From a virus (lineage: Duplodnaviria > Caudoviricetes): a DNA stretch of 35,972 nt. The stretch is taken from the IMG/VR virus record IMGVR_UViG_3300021082_000069, positions 1-35,972 of that record. One strand, given 5' to 3'. Numbering within the stretch: the stretch's first letter is position 1; each line of letters begins with the position of its first letter. This document shows, piece after piece, positions 24,730 to 33,891 of the stretch. The position numbers were made by a program, and so were the translations under genes. Below the pieces are notes generated by a model that saw nothing but the letters and a program-made list of their open reading frames with translations, was not told the origin of the DNA and searched no databases.

Positions 24730-25524
24730 ATGAGTATTTTGGCTTTGGATGTGATTGATCGGTTGCCTTTCGAGCTGGCGGCGCGGCTGGAGTGCGATGA
24801 GTTTTTCTCGGATATCCCGGTGGTGGTGGCCGAGGAGGGGAATGTGCGGGCGACGCTGGAGCGGAAGCAGGCGGTGGTAACGGCGAAGTCGGGGAAGCGC
24901 GGGGTGGCGGTGGTGGTGCTCCAGGTGATCGGGGATGATCCTTACGCGGAGGTGACATTTGGTCCTCTGGCGCTGCGGCCGGCCTTCCAGGTGATCGAGA
25001 ATCTGGACTTAAACCGGGATGCGAACGGGACAGGGAAGAGCGCGCGGCGAGTGGCAAGGCGGATCCGGGATGTGATCAAGAGCCTGGCGCTTTATGGGAT
25101 CGCGACGGATTTCGTGCCGGATAGGCCGTGCATCGAGCCGGTGAATTTCGATGAGTCGATGGGGAAAGCGGTGCGTGGTTACCAGGTGAATTTCGTGACG
25201 TACGAATCGGACACGGAGGTGAGCAGCCAGGTGGCGGTGCCGTATTTCGCGGAGTTCCCGGATGCGGCGCCTAAGATCCAGGTGTTGTGCGCGACGGAGG
25301 CGGCGGAGATCTGGTACTCGCTGGATGATTCGTTTCCGGGCCCGGGACGGGAGGGATCGGTGCTTTACGGGGGGCCGATCGAGGTTCCGGCGGGGGGGAT
25401 GACGATCCGGGCGGCTGGGTATAAGGCGGGCGTGATCGGGAGCCAGGTGAACCGGGCGACGATTACGGTGAGTCCGGGCGGGGATCCGGTGCTGCCGCAC
25501 ACGCCGGATACGCCGCCGGCGTGA
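24730..25524 (+). CDS. Putative tail terminator with C-terminal Fn3-associated/chitobiase-C-type domain
   Basis: Position before the tail tube; C-terminus TEAAEIWYSLDDSFP...LYGGPIEV...TIRAAGYKAG..GSQV. Confidence 0.65.
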   Translation: MSILALDVIDRLPFELAARLECDEFFSDIPVVVAEEGNVRATLERKQAVVTAKSGKRGVAVVVLQVIGDDPYAEVTFGPLALRPAFQVIENLDLNRDANGTGKSARRVARRIRDVIKSLALYGIATDFVPDRPCIEPVNFDESMGKAVRGYQVNFVTYESDTEVSSQVAVPYFAEFPDAAPKIQVLCATEAAEIWYSLDDSFPGPGREGSVLYGGPIEVPAGGMTIRAAGYKAGVIGSQVNRATITVSPGGDPVLPHTPDTPPA

Positions 25525-25586
25525 GGACAAAGCAGAAAGTTGAAAGTAGAAAGCAGAAATTTAACTACAAAACGAAAGACTGAATT

Positions 25587-26513
25587 ATGGGTGTATCTAG
25601 AGCTAGTTTAGGACGCGGGCCGGCCATCGTGACGTTTGGCGGCGCGACACTTTTCACGCGCGACGACCTGGTGCCACGGCATGCGCCGGAATGGCAGGCG
25701 GTCGCGAGTTCGCTGCACGGTCAGACGGACAAGTTCAAGGGAGACCTGGTGATCAAGCATTCGCTGACGCTCTTCGGGCATTGGTCGAGCCTGGGGGTGT
25801 TGTTCCCGGCGGCGCTGCTGAATCCGGTGGTGGGGACGTCGCTATTCGGGGCGGCGGATAATCCGCTGGTGATCCTGGCGCGGAACGGGGACCGGATCAC
25901 GTATCCGAATTCGCAGATCACGAAGCTGGCGGACTTGTATTTGGGCGTGGATAGCGAGTTGTTTGCGGCGGCCGTGGAGGTGACGTCGATCATCAAGAAC
26001 AACGCGAATCCCGAGGACGCCGGCGCTTATTTTGTGCGGGATACCGGGGCTTACGCGGAGACAACGTTTGCGATGACGAATTTCAAGAAGTGCCGGTTCA
26101 GCGCGGCCTGGGGAGCGAAGACGGGGTTCACATCATTCATCGGGCAGAAGGGGTTCAGTTTGTCCTGGGCGCTGGATGCGAAGCCGGACAAGGTCGATGG
26201 GTATGGGACGGTGGATTTCTACGTGGGCTCAGGCGGGCTGGTGGGTTCATGCAAGGCGGTGCCGATCGGGCCGACGATGGCGCAGATCGACACGCAGCAG
26301 GGGGTGGGGAGCGCGCACGGGGCGCTGTTGAGCACTGGGGAGGCGGACCTGACGATCACCGGGACTGGCGTGTCGGTGGTGCTGAAGAATGCGTCGATGG
26401 TGGAGACGGGGACGGCGTTTGGTATTGATCCGCTGCGGGTGGGAGAGGTGAGTTGGGAGACGACGCGCGGGTTTGCGGCCGGGGTAGTGAGTGCGGTGGC
26501 GACGGTGGCTTGA
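25587..26513 (+). CDS. Major tail (tube) protein, putative
   Basis: 308 aa beta-rich, GRGPAIVTFGG start, position after the terminator; no sheath gene seen. Confidence 0.65.
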   Translation: MGVSRASLGRGPAIVTFGGATLFTRDDLVPRHAPEWQAVASSLHGQTDKFKGDLVIKHSLTLFGHWSSLGVLFPAALLNPVVGTSLFGAADNPLVILARNGDRITYPNSQITKLADLYLGVDSELFAAAVEVTSIIKNNANPEDAGAYFVRDTGAYAETTFAMTNFKKCRFSAAWGAKTGFTSFIGQKGFSLSWALDAKPDKVDGYGTVDFYVGSGGLVGSCKAVPIGPTMAQIDTQQGVGSAHGALLSTGEADLTITGTGVSVVLKNASMVETGTAFGIDPLRVGEVSWETTRGFAAGVVSAVATVA

Positions 26514-26597
26514 GGGGCGAGGGGCGAGGGGCGCTGACGAGGGGAGAGGGTCGAGGGGCGAGGGTCGGAATGGTGGAATGGTGGAATGATGGAATAA
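26512..26597 (+). repeat. GAGGG(G/T)C heptamers plus TGGAATGG octamers
   Basis: Fills the intergenic gap after the tail tube gene. Confidence 0.88.
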
Positions 26598-26602
26598 CGA
26601 TT

Positions 26603-26791
26603 ATGAAAGAGAAGATCACGGTGGTTGAAGGGCTCGTTAACGAGCTTTGCAAGGAGGAGAAACAGACGCCGTATTTGCATGCGGCGATCGGCGGGCTGCG
26701 GACGTTCCTGGAGAAGGCGCCCCAGCATGTGACGGAGCTGCAGAAGGCGGAAGCTGCGAAGGCGACCAAGGCCCAGGCTAAGGCGACGTGA
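26603..26791 (+). CDS. Small hypothetical protein
   Basis: 62 aa from ATG 26603. Confidence 0.65.
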   Translation: MKEKITVVEGLVNELCKEEKQTPYLHAAIGGLRTFLEKAPQHVTELQKAEAAKATKAQAKAT

Positions 26792-27180
26792 AGGCCGAGT
26801 GGACACCTGCAGGCGGCGGGCTGGCTACGCTGGGGGATGACTCGGTGAAGCACTCGATGGTGCTGGAACAGATCGGGGGGGCGTCGGTTGAGCAAGTGGC
26901 GGGGTTGTTCCGCGCGGCAGCGGTGAAGCGATTCCCCAGGGGAAATATCTCCGGGGAATGCATTTTCACGTCGGCTAAGAGTCACGCGACGCAGGCGGCG
27001 GCGATGGCGTTTTTTAAGGCCGAGTACGCGCGGTTGAACGGGAAGGGAAGCCTGGTGCTGACGGAGGGGGCGGTGACTTGGACGATGGCGGACGCGATGC
27101 TGACGGCGGTGCAGGTGGTGCAGGTGGTGGGGCTGCGGTTTTGGATTAGGTACCGGTTTGGGATAGCCACTATTAGTTGA
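26788..27180 (+). CDS. Hypothetical tail-region protein
   Basis: 130 aa, GTGA-coupled. Confidence 0.75.
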   Translation: MKAEWTPAGGGLATLGDDSVKHSMVLEQIGGASVEQVAGLFRAAAVKRFPRGNISGECIFTSAKSHATQAAAMAFFKAEYARLNGKGSLVLTEGAVTWTMADAMLTAVQVVQVVGLRFWIRYRFGIATIS

Positions 27181-27263
27181 TGGTTGATGGTTGATGGTTG
27201 ATGGCGGGGACGGGGATTGGGGATTGAGAATTGCAAATTGAGAATTTGAAAACTGAAATCTGA
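27174..27263 (+). repeat. GGTTGAT x4 followed by GGGGATT/GAGAATT heptamers
   Basis: tagttgatggttgatggttgatggttgatgg...ggggattggggattgagaattgcaaattgagaatttgaaaactgaaatctga. Confidence 0.88.
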
Positions 27264-30155
27264 ATGAAGGGATTGATTTTAATTTTGGCGATGGCGGTGG
27301 CTACGGGCGCGCCGGCGGCGACGGTGGTGTTTCCGGTTTCGAAGATGACTGGGGGGGCGGGGAATCGGCGGGTGACGGTGACGATGAAGGCGCCGCCGGT
27401 GGTTAATGGGACGAACCTGGTGGCGTCCGCGCCGGTGGTTTTGACGCCGACAAATGGGGTGGCGCAGGTGGACCTGGTGCTGGGGGATTATTATTTCCAG
27501 ATCGAGGGGGTTAATCGGTCGGTGCCGTTCCGGGTGAACACGAATGGGGTGTTCGGGATTGTGGAGCTGACGGATCCGAACTCGCTGACGTGGCCGCAGA
27601 GTAATGCGGTATTTTATACGCGGAGCGAGGTGGACGCTTTGATTGCGGCTGCACCTGGTGGGACGAATTCAGGGACGGCGGTGGCGGTAGGACACGGGCT
27701 GGTGGCAGATACCAACAACGGGTTGGTGACGGCCTCGATTTCGGCGGATGTGGTGACGAATAACCAGTTGCAGGCGTCGTTTGGGATCGTGTCGGCGGCG
27801 GAGGCGCACTTTGGGACGGCGGCGCTTATTTCGGGGGATGGGTCGACGCTTAATAATATGACGGTGACTGGGGGGGTGGTGAATTTGCCGTCGGCGACGG
27901 GGGCTTTGGTGGTGGGAGGAACGAATGTGGTGAGCAGTGCCGGGAGCAAGGTGAACAACGTTGGAATGACGAATGGGGTGGTGAACTTGCCGGAGGTAGG
28001 GGCTCTGGTGGTGGGGGGGACGAATGTTTTGAGCAGTGCCGGGAGCAAGGTGAACAACGTTGGGTTTACCAATGGCAGCGTCCAATTACCCACTGGATCG
28101 TCCTTAAAACTCGGGGGAACTGATATCCGCGAGACCTATATCGCGACCAGCACTTTTTATGGTCGCAGTGTAACGAGCACCGCCGCGAACGCAGGCAAAA
28201 TGGATTCTGATTCGACGACAAACATCATCATCACGGCTGGGTCTGATAAGGGCCTCATCACGCTAAAAAGCAACGTGGTCGTAACGGGCACGATCACCGG
28301 GAGCGGGGCGGGGTTGACGAATTTGCCGAGGGCGGATTACACGAATCACGGCGGGCTGACGGATACCAATTTCCCGATGGTGGAGAAGCTTCCTAATGTT
28401 CGGCGCAGCCCACCGGATTGGGCGCGAGTGCCGTTTGGTGGGTTCAACACGTGGTATCAGCAGAATAGCACGCAATATCCGCCGAGCGCGTTTCAGTCGC
28501 CGACGAATAAATGGGTCTGGGTGACCAACCAGGTGAACTGGGCGATCAAGAATAACGTGCAGGATTTCTACAAGCTGATCGTCATCGACGACACCTGGCA
28601 GAATACGAATCGGCTGGCGAATGGGGATCTGTGGTGGGACCCGGCGCAGTTTCCGAATGATGGGAACAACGGATGGAGCGGGATGACGAATGTGATCAAC
28701 TGGCTACACTCACTCGGGTTCAAATTCGGGCTGTATACGGAGCTGGACCCTATTTGCGCGGCGGACATTGATTCGACGGGACCGCGTCTCCCGGCGCCCG
28801 GCAGCTACGGTTATTACGAGCAGGACGCGAAGCTGTGGTCATCGTGGGGGGTGGATTACATCAAGTTCGACATGCAGCTTGACGCAGAGACCTTCAAGCC
28901 TGAGTCGGGCCTGACACGGTTCGTGAATGCCTGGGACCGCACGGGCCGGCCGCTCTATATCATGGGGAGCGTGTCTCCGAAGGGGCACGAGGGATGGAAT
29001 GTGGACTTGTATAATGAGCCGCGGACGCCTTACTCGCCGGATTGGCCGGGGTATACGACTAACGATTACCACTTCCACCTGCAGAAGCACCTTTGGTGGG
29101 GGCGGGATCTGCAGTCGTTTGTGAGGCCTGGGATGTTCGCGTCTTACGACATTTTGCCGGAGAATATGGCGGATGGCGGGAATAGCGGGAATGCGTACAA
29201 CGGCAGCACGCCGGTGAGTTTCGAGCTGCAGCGGGCGATGTTGACGATGGGGGCGATGATGGTGTCGCCCAGGATCTACACTCGCGGGGCGGTGGACGCG
29301 CTGCCGAATGGGCTATGGCTGCAGACGAATCGGAGCGTGTTGAAGATCCTGACGGACCCGGCGTGTATCGGAAGCCAGATGGTGACGAATTCGCACGCGA
29401 CGAACGCAACGGTGTGGTGGCGGCCGCTGGGGAGTGCGACAGGGCCGGAATACGCGGTGGCGCTGTATAATTATCAGTCGAATGTGACGGCGGCGACGAC
29501 GATCTATTGCACATGGACGAACCTGGGGATCGCGAGCAACACGGTGATGAGGGTGGAGAACGCGTGGAGCAACGAGGTGTTTCTGGCCACTAATGTGTTC
29601 AGCAAAAGTGTGGCGTGCCGGGGAGCGGAGCTTTACCGATTGACGCCGGTGAGCGGGGGGACGGTTTTGTCTGACACGCCGGCGGTGTTGAAGAACACGG
29701 TGGAGATCGTGCGGGCCAACGAATGGGACATCTCGACGATGTGCACCCGGCTGAGCTATTACACTCAATCGCCGGCGCCGATCGCTGGGCAGAGCGGGAT
29801 TTCGGGGGCAGGCAATTCAGGGTATTATGGGTTCGGTTTTGACATACCGTCGTGGGCGACGAATGTGAGTGGGACGTTTTACCTGCAGGTGGTGAGCGCG
29901 TCGACCAATGTGACGGCGAATCTGGATGCCTGGACTACTTTTAATAATTCGTTTTCGTCTTCCTCCTCTTACTTCTCAGGGCAATACACGGCTTCGAAGG
30001 TGATCACGGCGACGAATGGGGGGCTGAATCCGGTGACGTTTTCGATTCCGCTGCGGCGCGAGGCGTGTGTGAACAAGCGGGCTAATTTCACGCTGGTGAC
30101 TCCGGGGGCGGAGACGATCTACGTGGTGGGGCCGGCGCAGGTGACATACCAATGA
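27264..30155 (+). CDS. Tail-fibre/spike-like protein with signal peptide and GH27 (alpha-galactosidase-family) catalytic domain
   Basis: MKGLILILAMAVATGAPA-A signal; FYTRSEVDALI fibre motif; GH27 series PFGGFNTW, VIDDTW, DPAQFP, LHSLGFKFGLY, DAKLWSSWGVDYIKFD, TGRPL, VWWRPL...AVALYN. Confidence 0.88.
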   Translation: MKGLILILAMAVATGAPAATVVFPVSKMTGGAGNRRVTVTMKAPPVVNGTNLVASAPVVLTPTNGVAQVDLVLGDYYFQIEGVNRSVPFRVNTNGVFGIVELTDPNSLTWPQSNAVFYTRSEVDALIAAAPGGTNSGTAVAVGHGLVADTNNGLVTASISADVVTNNQLQASFGIVSAAEAHFGTAALISGDGSTLNNMTVTGGVVNLPSATGALVVGGTNVVSSAGSKVNNVGMTNGVVNLPEVGALVVGGTNVLSSAGSKVNNVGFTNGSVQLPTGSSLKLGGTDIRETYIATSTFYGRSVTSTAANAGKMDSDSTTNIIITAGSDKGLITLKSNVVVTGTITGSGAGLTNLPRADYTNHGGLTDTNFPMVEKLPNVRRSPPDWARVPFGGFNTWYQQNSTQYPPSAFQSPTNKWVWVTNQVNWAIKNNVQDFYKLIVIDDTWQNTNRLANGDLWWDPAQFPNDGNNGWSGMTNVINWLHSLGFKFGLYTELDPICAADIDSTGPRLPAPGSYGYYEQDAKLWSSWGVDYIKFDMQLDAETFKPESGLTRFVNAWDRTGRPLYIMGSVSPKGHEGWNVDLYNEPRTPYSPDWPGYTTNDYHFHLQKHLWWGRDLQSFVRPGMFASYDILPENMADGGNSGNAYNGSTPVSFELQRAMLTMGAMMVSPRIYTRGAVDALPNGLWLQTNRSVLKILTDPACIGSQMVTNSHATNATVWWRPLGSATGPEYAVALYNYQSNVTAATTIYCTWTNLGIASNTVMRVENAWSNEVFLATNVFSKSVACRGAELYRLTPVSGGTVLSDTPAVLKNTVEIVRANEWDISTMCTRLSYYTQSPAPIAGQSGISGAGNSGYYGFGFDIPSWATNVSGTFYLQVVSASTNVTANLDAWTTFNNSFSSSSSYFSGQYTASKVITATNGGLNPVTFSIPLRREACVNKRANFTLVTPGAETIYVVGPAQVTYQ
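27876..28076 (+). repeat. Internal 33-34-codon duplication in the fibre shaft
   Basis: VVNLP...GALVVGGTNV.SSAGSKVNNVG.TNG twice; 34-bp identical core at 27931-27964 and 28030-28063. Confidence 0.9.
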
Positions 30156-30181
30156 GTCCGATGGCGCAGAACTGAGCGATC

Positions 30182-31810
30182 ATGGCTGATTTCAAGATCA
30201 ATATTATCACGGACGCGAGTTCCGCGGTGTCTGGCGGGAAGCAGGCGGCGGAGGCTTTGAAGGGGGTAGCGAACGAGGCGGAACGGTACCAGACGAAGCT
30301 GCGGGAGATGGCGATCACCGAGAAGTCGGCGGCCGAGGAGCGGCGGCGGGCGGCGGATGACTCGGAGCGGTACGCGGCGACGCTGGAAAAGATGGCGGTG
30401 GCGCAAGGCAAGAGCCGGGAGATCAGCCAGGAGGATGCATCACTGCTGGAGAAATCGGCCGCGCTGCAAGAGAAGCTGGCGGAGCGGAAGCGGCTGACGA
30501 CAGAAGCGGATGAGGAGATCGCTGCCGGTGTTAAGAAGGTCAGCAAGGAGGAGATCGAAGCGGCCGGGATTTCGATGGAGGCGGATAAGGCTACGCTGAC
30601 CCGGAAGGCAGAAATTCAGCAGGCGCTTTCGAAGTTGTCCCGGGAGTTTCCAGTTGCGGCCTCCGCGGCGAAGGCACTTTTCTCGGGAATTGGCGGGGCG
30701 GCGATGCTGGCGGCTTGGGGGTTCAAGAAGCTGCAGGGAGATATCGAGAATTTAATGGCGGCCCTGGAGCCAAGCCAGTGGGCGACGTATGGGTCGGTGG
30801 TGGCGGCCCGGAAGGCGGATTTCGAGGCGGCGGCGACAGGGGCGGCGGGTTTTGCGCGGGAGCTGGAGCAGACAAAGCTGATGGCGGAGAGCGCGAGTGC
30901 GGCGAGCGAAAAGCTGGTGACGGTGTTCAAGGCCCGGCAGAGCGCTCAGGAGAAGGTGGATGCGGCCGCCAAGGATCTGGAGCTGGCACGGGCGGGAGGG
31001 ATTAAGGACCCGGTGCAGCGAGCGCAGGCGGTGCTGGAGATCGAGAACCGGTATGCAGAGCGGTCGCGCCGGCGGCAGGAGGAGACGGCAAATTTCGAGC
31101 GGAATGAACAGCACCGGAAGATCGGCAATGAGCGGATCGCGGTGGAGATGTTGGATAAGCAGTTGGAGGGGGCGCGGGAGAAGCAGAAGGGGCTGAAGAG
31201 CGAGGGGGAGGTGACGGAGGAGATCAAGGTGGCGCGGGACCGGCTGAACACGATCAACAACGAGTATATCACGAAGCAGGAGCGGTTCGAGGCGTTGAAG
31301 GGCAAGGGTTGGGCGTTCCGGAGCACTCCTGAGCAGATGGAGATGGAGCAGCTCGGCGGGCAACTGGATTCGTTATTTGCGCAGCGCCAGGCGCAGCAGG
31401 GGATCGTGGGAAGCCTGGAGGCAGGGGCACCTGGAGCGATCGGGAAGTGGCGCTCGAGCGCGGAGCATATCCAGATGCTGGAGGGGATGAGGAGGGGAGC
31501 TGGGGAGCGGCTGGGCGGGATGATATCGAACCTGCCGACGAGTGAAGCTTTGTTTGGGATCGAGAGCGGGGCGAGGTCGGCGGTGGGGAATCTTGAGGAT
31601 AGGTCGCGGCTGCAGACGGCGGCGAACCAGGCGGCGGCGAACGCCAGCCAGGCGGAGGCTGCGACGCAGGCGGCGATCGAGAAGGGGGCCGGGGCCTCGA
31701 TGACGACTTTGAATTTGATGATCTCTTTTGCGCAACTGCAGGCGGATATAGAGCGGCGGATGAAGCAGTTGGAATCGCGGAACACGGTGGGAGTGCGCGG
31801 GGCGCAATAG
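30182..31810 (+). CDS. Tape measure protein, putative
   Basis: 542 aa Ala/Glu/Gln-rich helical, MADFKINIITDA start, one hydrophobic Gly/Ala segment. Confidence 0.75.
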   Translation: MADFKINIITDASSAVSGGKQAAEALKGVANEAERYQTKLREMAITEKSAAEERRRAADDSERYAATLEKMAVAQGKSREISQEDASLLEKSAALQEKLAERKRLTTEADEEIAAGVKKVSKEEIEAAGISMEADKATLTRKAEIQQALSKLSREFPVAASAAKALFSGIGGAAMLAAWGFKKLQGDIENLMAALEPSQWATYGSVVAARKADFEAAATGAAGFARELEQTKLMAESASAASEKLVTVFKARQSAQEKVDAAAKDLELARAGGIKDPVQRAQAVLEIENRYAERSRRRQEETANFERNEQHRKIGNERIAVEMLDKQLEGAREKQKGLKSEGEVTEEIKVARDRLNTINNEYITKQERFEALKGKGWAFRSTPEQMEMEQLGGQLDSLFAQRQAQQGIVGSLEAGAPGAIGKWRSSAEHIQMLEGMRRGAGERLGGMISNLPTSEALFGIESGARSAVGNLEDRSRLQTAANQAAANASQAEAATQAAIEKGAGASMTTLNLMISFAQLQADIERRMKQLESRNTVGVRGAQ

Positions 31811-31844
31811 AAATCCGAATTCCGAAAACCGAATCCCGAATTAA

Positions 31845-33890
31845 ATGGCTTTTACACTGGAATATAACTCGGTTGAGAGGAGCTTCGAGGATTGGGGGGT
31901 GGAGGAGTCGAAGGCGACTTTAACGCTAGCGAACCAGGCTCCGGATGTGTTTACGGTGGAGGTGCCAGGGGCGCTGGTGACGGCGGACCCGATCTGGCCA
32001 TTCGAGGCGGAGGTGATCATTCGGAAGGGTCGAGCTGGGGCGGGCACGGCCTGGGCGGGAGGCTCGGTGATTTTCCAGGGGAAGCAGGTGAAGCATTTGG
32101 GGTCGGGGACTGCGGGTTACGAGGGGGTGGCTTACGTTTTCCAGGGGCCGTGGTATGACCTGGAGGAGACGCCGTATCAGCAGACGATTTATAGCGTGAA
32201 CCCGGCGGCGGAGGATCCGAGTCTGCCGGCGGGGTGGTTTAGCTGGAAGGTTTCGGAGGTAGTGTTGTTCCAGTTGGTGACGGGTCCCGGGACGTGGGTG
32301 GCGCGGAATAACGGTCAGCAGCTCGGGGATATCCTGCAGCATGTGCTGGATGAGTATGCCGCACAAGGGATGACGGCGCCTTACCAGGTGGGGACGATCG
32401 CGCCGGCGACAACGCTGTATACTTACCAGGTGCGGGATTTGAAGGCGGCGGAGGCGATCCGGATTTGCCTGCGGTGCGAGCCTGACGCGACGGTGTGGTT
32501 TGATTATTCGACGGTGCCGCCGACGGTGAATGTGTCGAAACGGGCGGGGGCGACAGCCGTGGCGGTGGCGGTGGCGGACCTGGTGAATCATGAGGAGATC
32601 CACCTGGCGGAGCGGCCGGACCTGCAGGCGCGGAGCGTGGTGCTGTATTTCAAGCAGACGCACGATTTCAACGGGCAATCGCTGGTGACGAATACGAAGC
32701 AGAAGTACGGCCCGAACGGGCTGAATCACGCGAGCGATCCGGAGGGCGGCCGGCGGGTCCTGGTGATGACGATCGATCTGCAGGGAGGATCGAGGACGGA
32801 TGTGTTCGGGGAGTTGAAGGTGTTCGCGGCCGCGCCGACAACGCGGGCGTTTTGGAAGCGGTATTATCCAGAGTACCAGAGTTCGAAGATCCGGAATTTC
32901 TCGGCGGGGAATTTGCGGGTGGTGGATGATTTAGGGGCGGCGGTGAGCCTGGGGACTTACCCGAATGTGTGCGAGGACGGGAGCAATATTGCGAGCTGGA
33001 TGAAGCTGGGGGGCACGACGCCGGTGGTGGGGAGGCAGGTGACGATTTCGGTGGACGTGAGTTTCACGCAGTGGGACGTGGAGGGCACCGGCGGGTCTCC
33101 GGAGACGGCCACGAACGGGGTGCTGAAGGATCAAATCGTGATGAAGCAGCTCTCGACGCGGGTGACTTTGACGAATGGTACGACGGGGAATTATAGCGCG
33201 ATCGCGAGTGAGTCCGCGGGCGAGGATATCCCCACGGGGCTGGCGCAGACGGTTTACGATAGCCTGGCGCAATTGCAGTATGAGGGGTCGGTGGCGCTGG
33301 TGGAGGAGGAATGCGGGACGGCGGTGACGCTGGCGAATGTGCTGAATTTGACGGGAGGCAAGACAGCCTGGTCGACGATGCGGGCGCAGATTCAGCAGGT
33401 GAAGTTTTCGTATGGATCCGGGCGCACGGAGATCACGGTGGGGCCGGCGAAGCACCTGGGCCCAGGGGATCTGACGGAGTTATTCCTGATCAACCGGAAT
33501 CGGCGGGTGTTTTATGATCCGAGCACGCAGGCGACGGCGAGGTCGAGCCACGGCGGAGGATCGGTGAGTTTGCCAAAGACTTTAGCGAAGGAGAATACAA
33601 CGGCCGGGCTGGATAGCCTTTCGATTGGGTCGATCATCAAGAATTTGGGTACCGGAAACTCGGTGGTGGTGCAGCACTCGGCGGAGGCGAAGTCGATTGT
33701 GATGCATGAAGTGGTCAATGCGACGGGGGTGAGGGATGCGACGAAGGCGGCCATGGAGTTGCTGTTGGCGGATCTGCCGGCGGGCGAGGTGTTGAAGATC
33801 CGGAAGCGGACTTGGAAGGATCACGAGCACGATTGCGCGGTATGGGGTTGCTACGTGGTGTGCTCGGAACCGAAAGCGGAGCCAGTCTGA
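31845..33890 (+). CDS. Tail tip / baseplate hub-like protein
   Basis: 681 aa beta-rich directly after the TMP; IFQG...WYDLE and PDATVWFDYS patterns. Confidence 0.65.
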   Translation: MAFTLEYNSVERSFEDWGVEESKATLTLANQAPDVFTVEVPGALVTADPIWPFEAEVIIRKGRAGAGTAWAGGSVIFQGKQVKHLGSGTAGYEGVAYVFQGPWYDLEETPYQQTIYSVNPAAEDPSLPAGWFSWKVSEVVLFQLVTGPGTWVARNNGQQLGDILQHVLDEYAAQGMTAPYQVGTIAPATTLYTYQVRDLKAAEAIRICLRCEPDATVWFDYSTVPPTVNVSKRAGATAVAVAVADLVNHEEIHLAERPDLQARSVVLYFKQTHDFNGQSLVTNTKQKYGPNGLNHASDPEGGRRVLVMTIDLQGGSRTDVFGELKVFAAAPTTRAFWKRYYPEYQSSKIRNFSAGNLRVVDDLGAAVSLGTYPNVCEDGSNIASWMKLGGTTPVVGRQVTISVDVSFTQWDVEGTGGSPETATNGVLKDQIVMKQLSTRVTLTNGTTGNYSAIASESAGEDIPTGLAQTVYDSLAQLQYEGSVALVEEECGTAVTLANVLNLTGGKTAWSTMRAQIQQVKFSYGSGRTEITVGPAKHLGPGDLTELFLINRNRRVFYDPSTQATARSSHGGGSVSLPKTLAKENTTAGLDSLSIGSIIKNLGTGNSVVVQHSAEAKSIVMHEVVNATGVRDATKAAMELLLADLPAGEVLKIRKRTWKDHEHDCAVWGCYVVCSEPKAEPV

Positions 33891-33891
33891 T

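Noticed and set aside
27005-27020. Tail-chaperone -1 frameshift site (TTTTTTA)
   Set aside because: Codon phase is GCG TTT TTT AAG, so the heptamer is not in the X XXY YYZ register.
27876-28076. DGR template/variable repeat pair
   Set aside because: Adjacent in-frame duplication, differences not adenine-specific, and no reverse transcriptase in the window.
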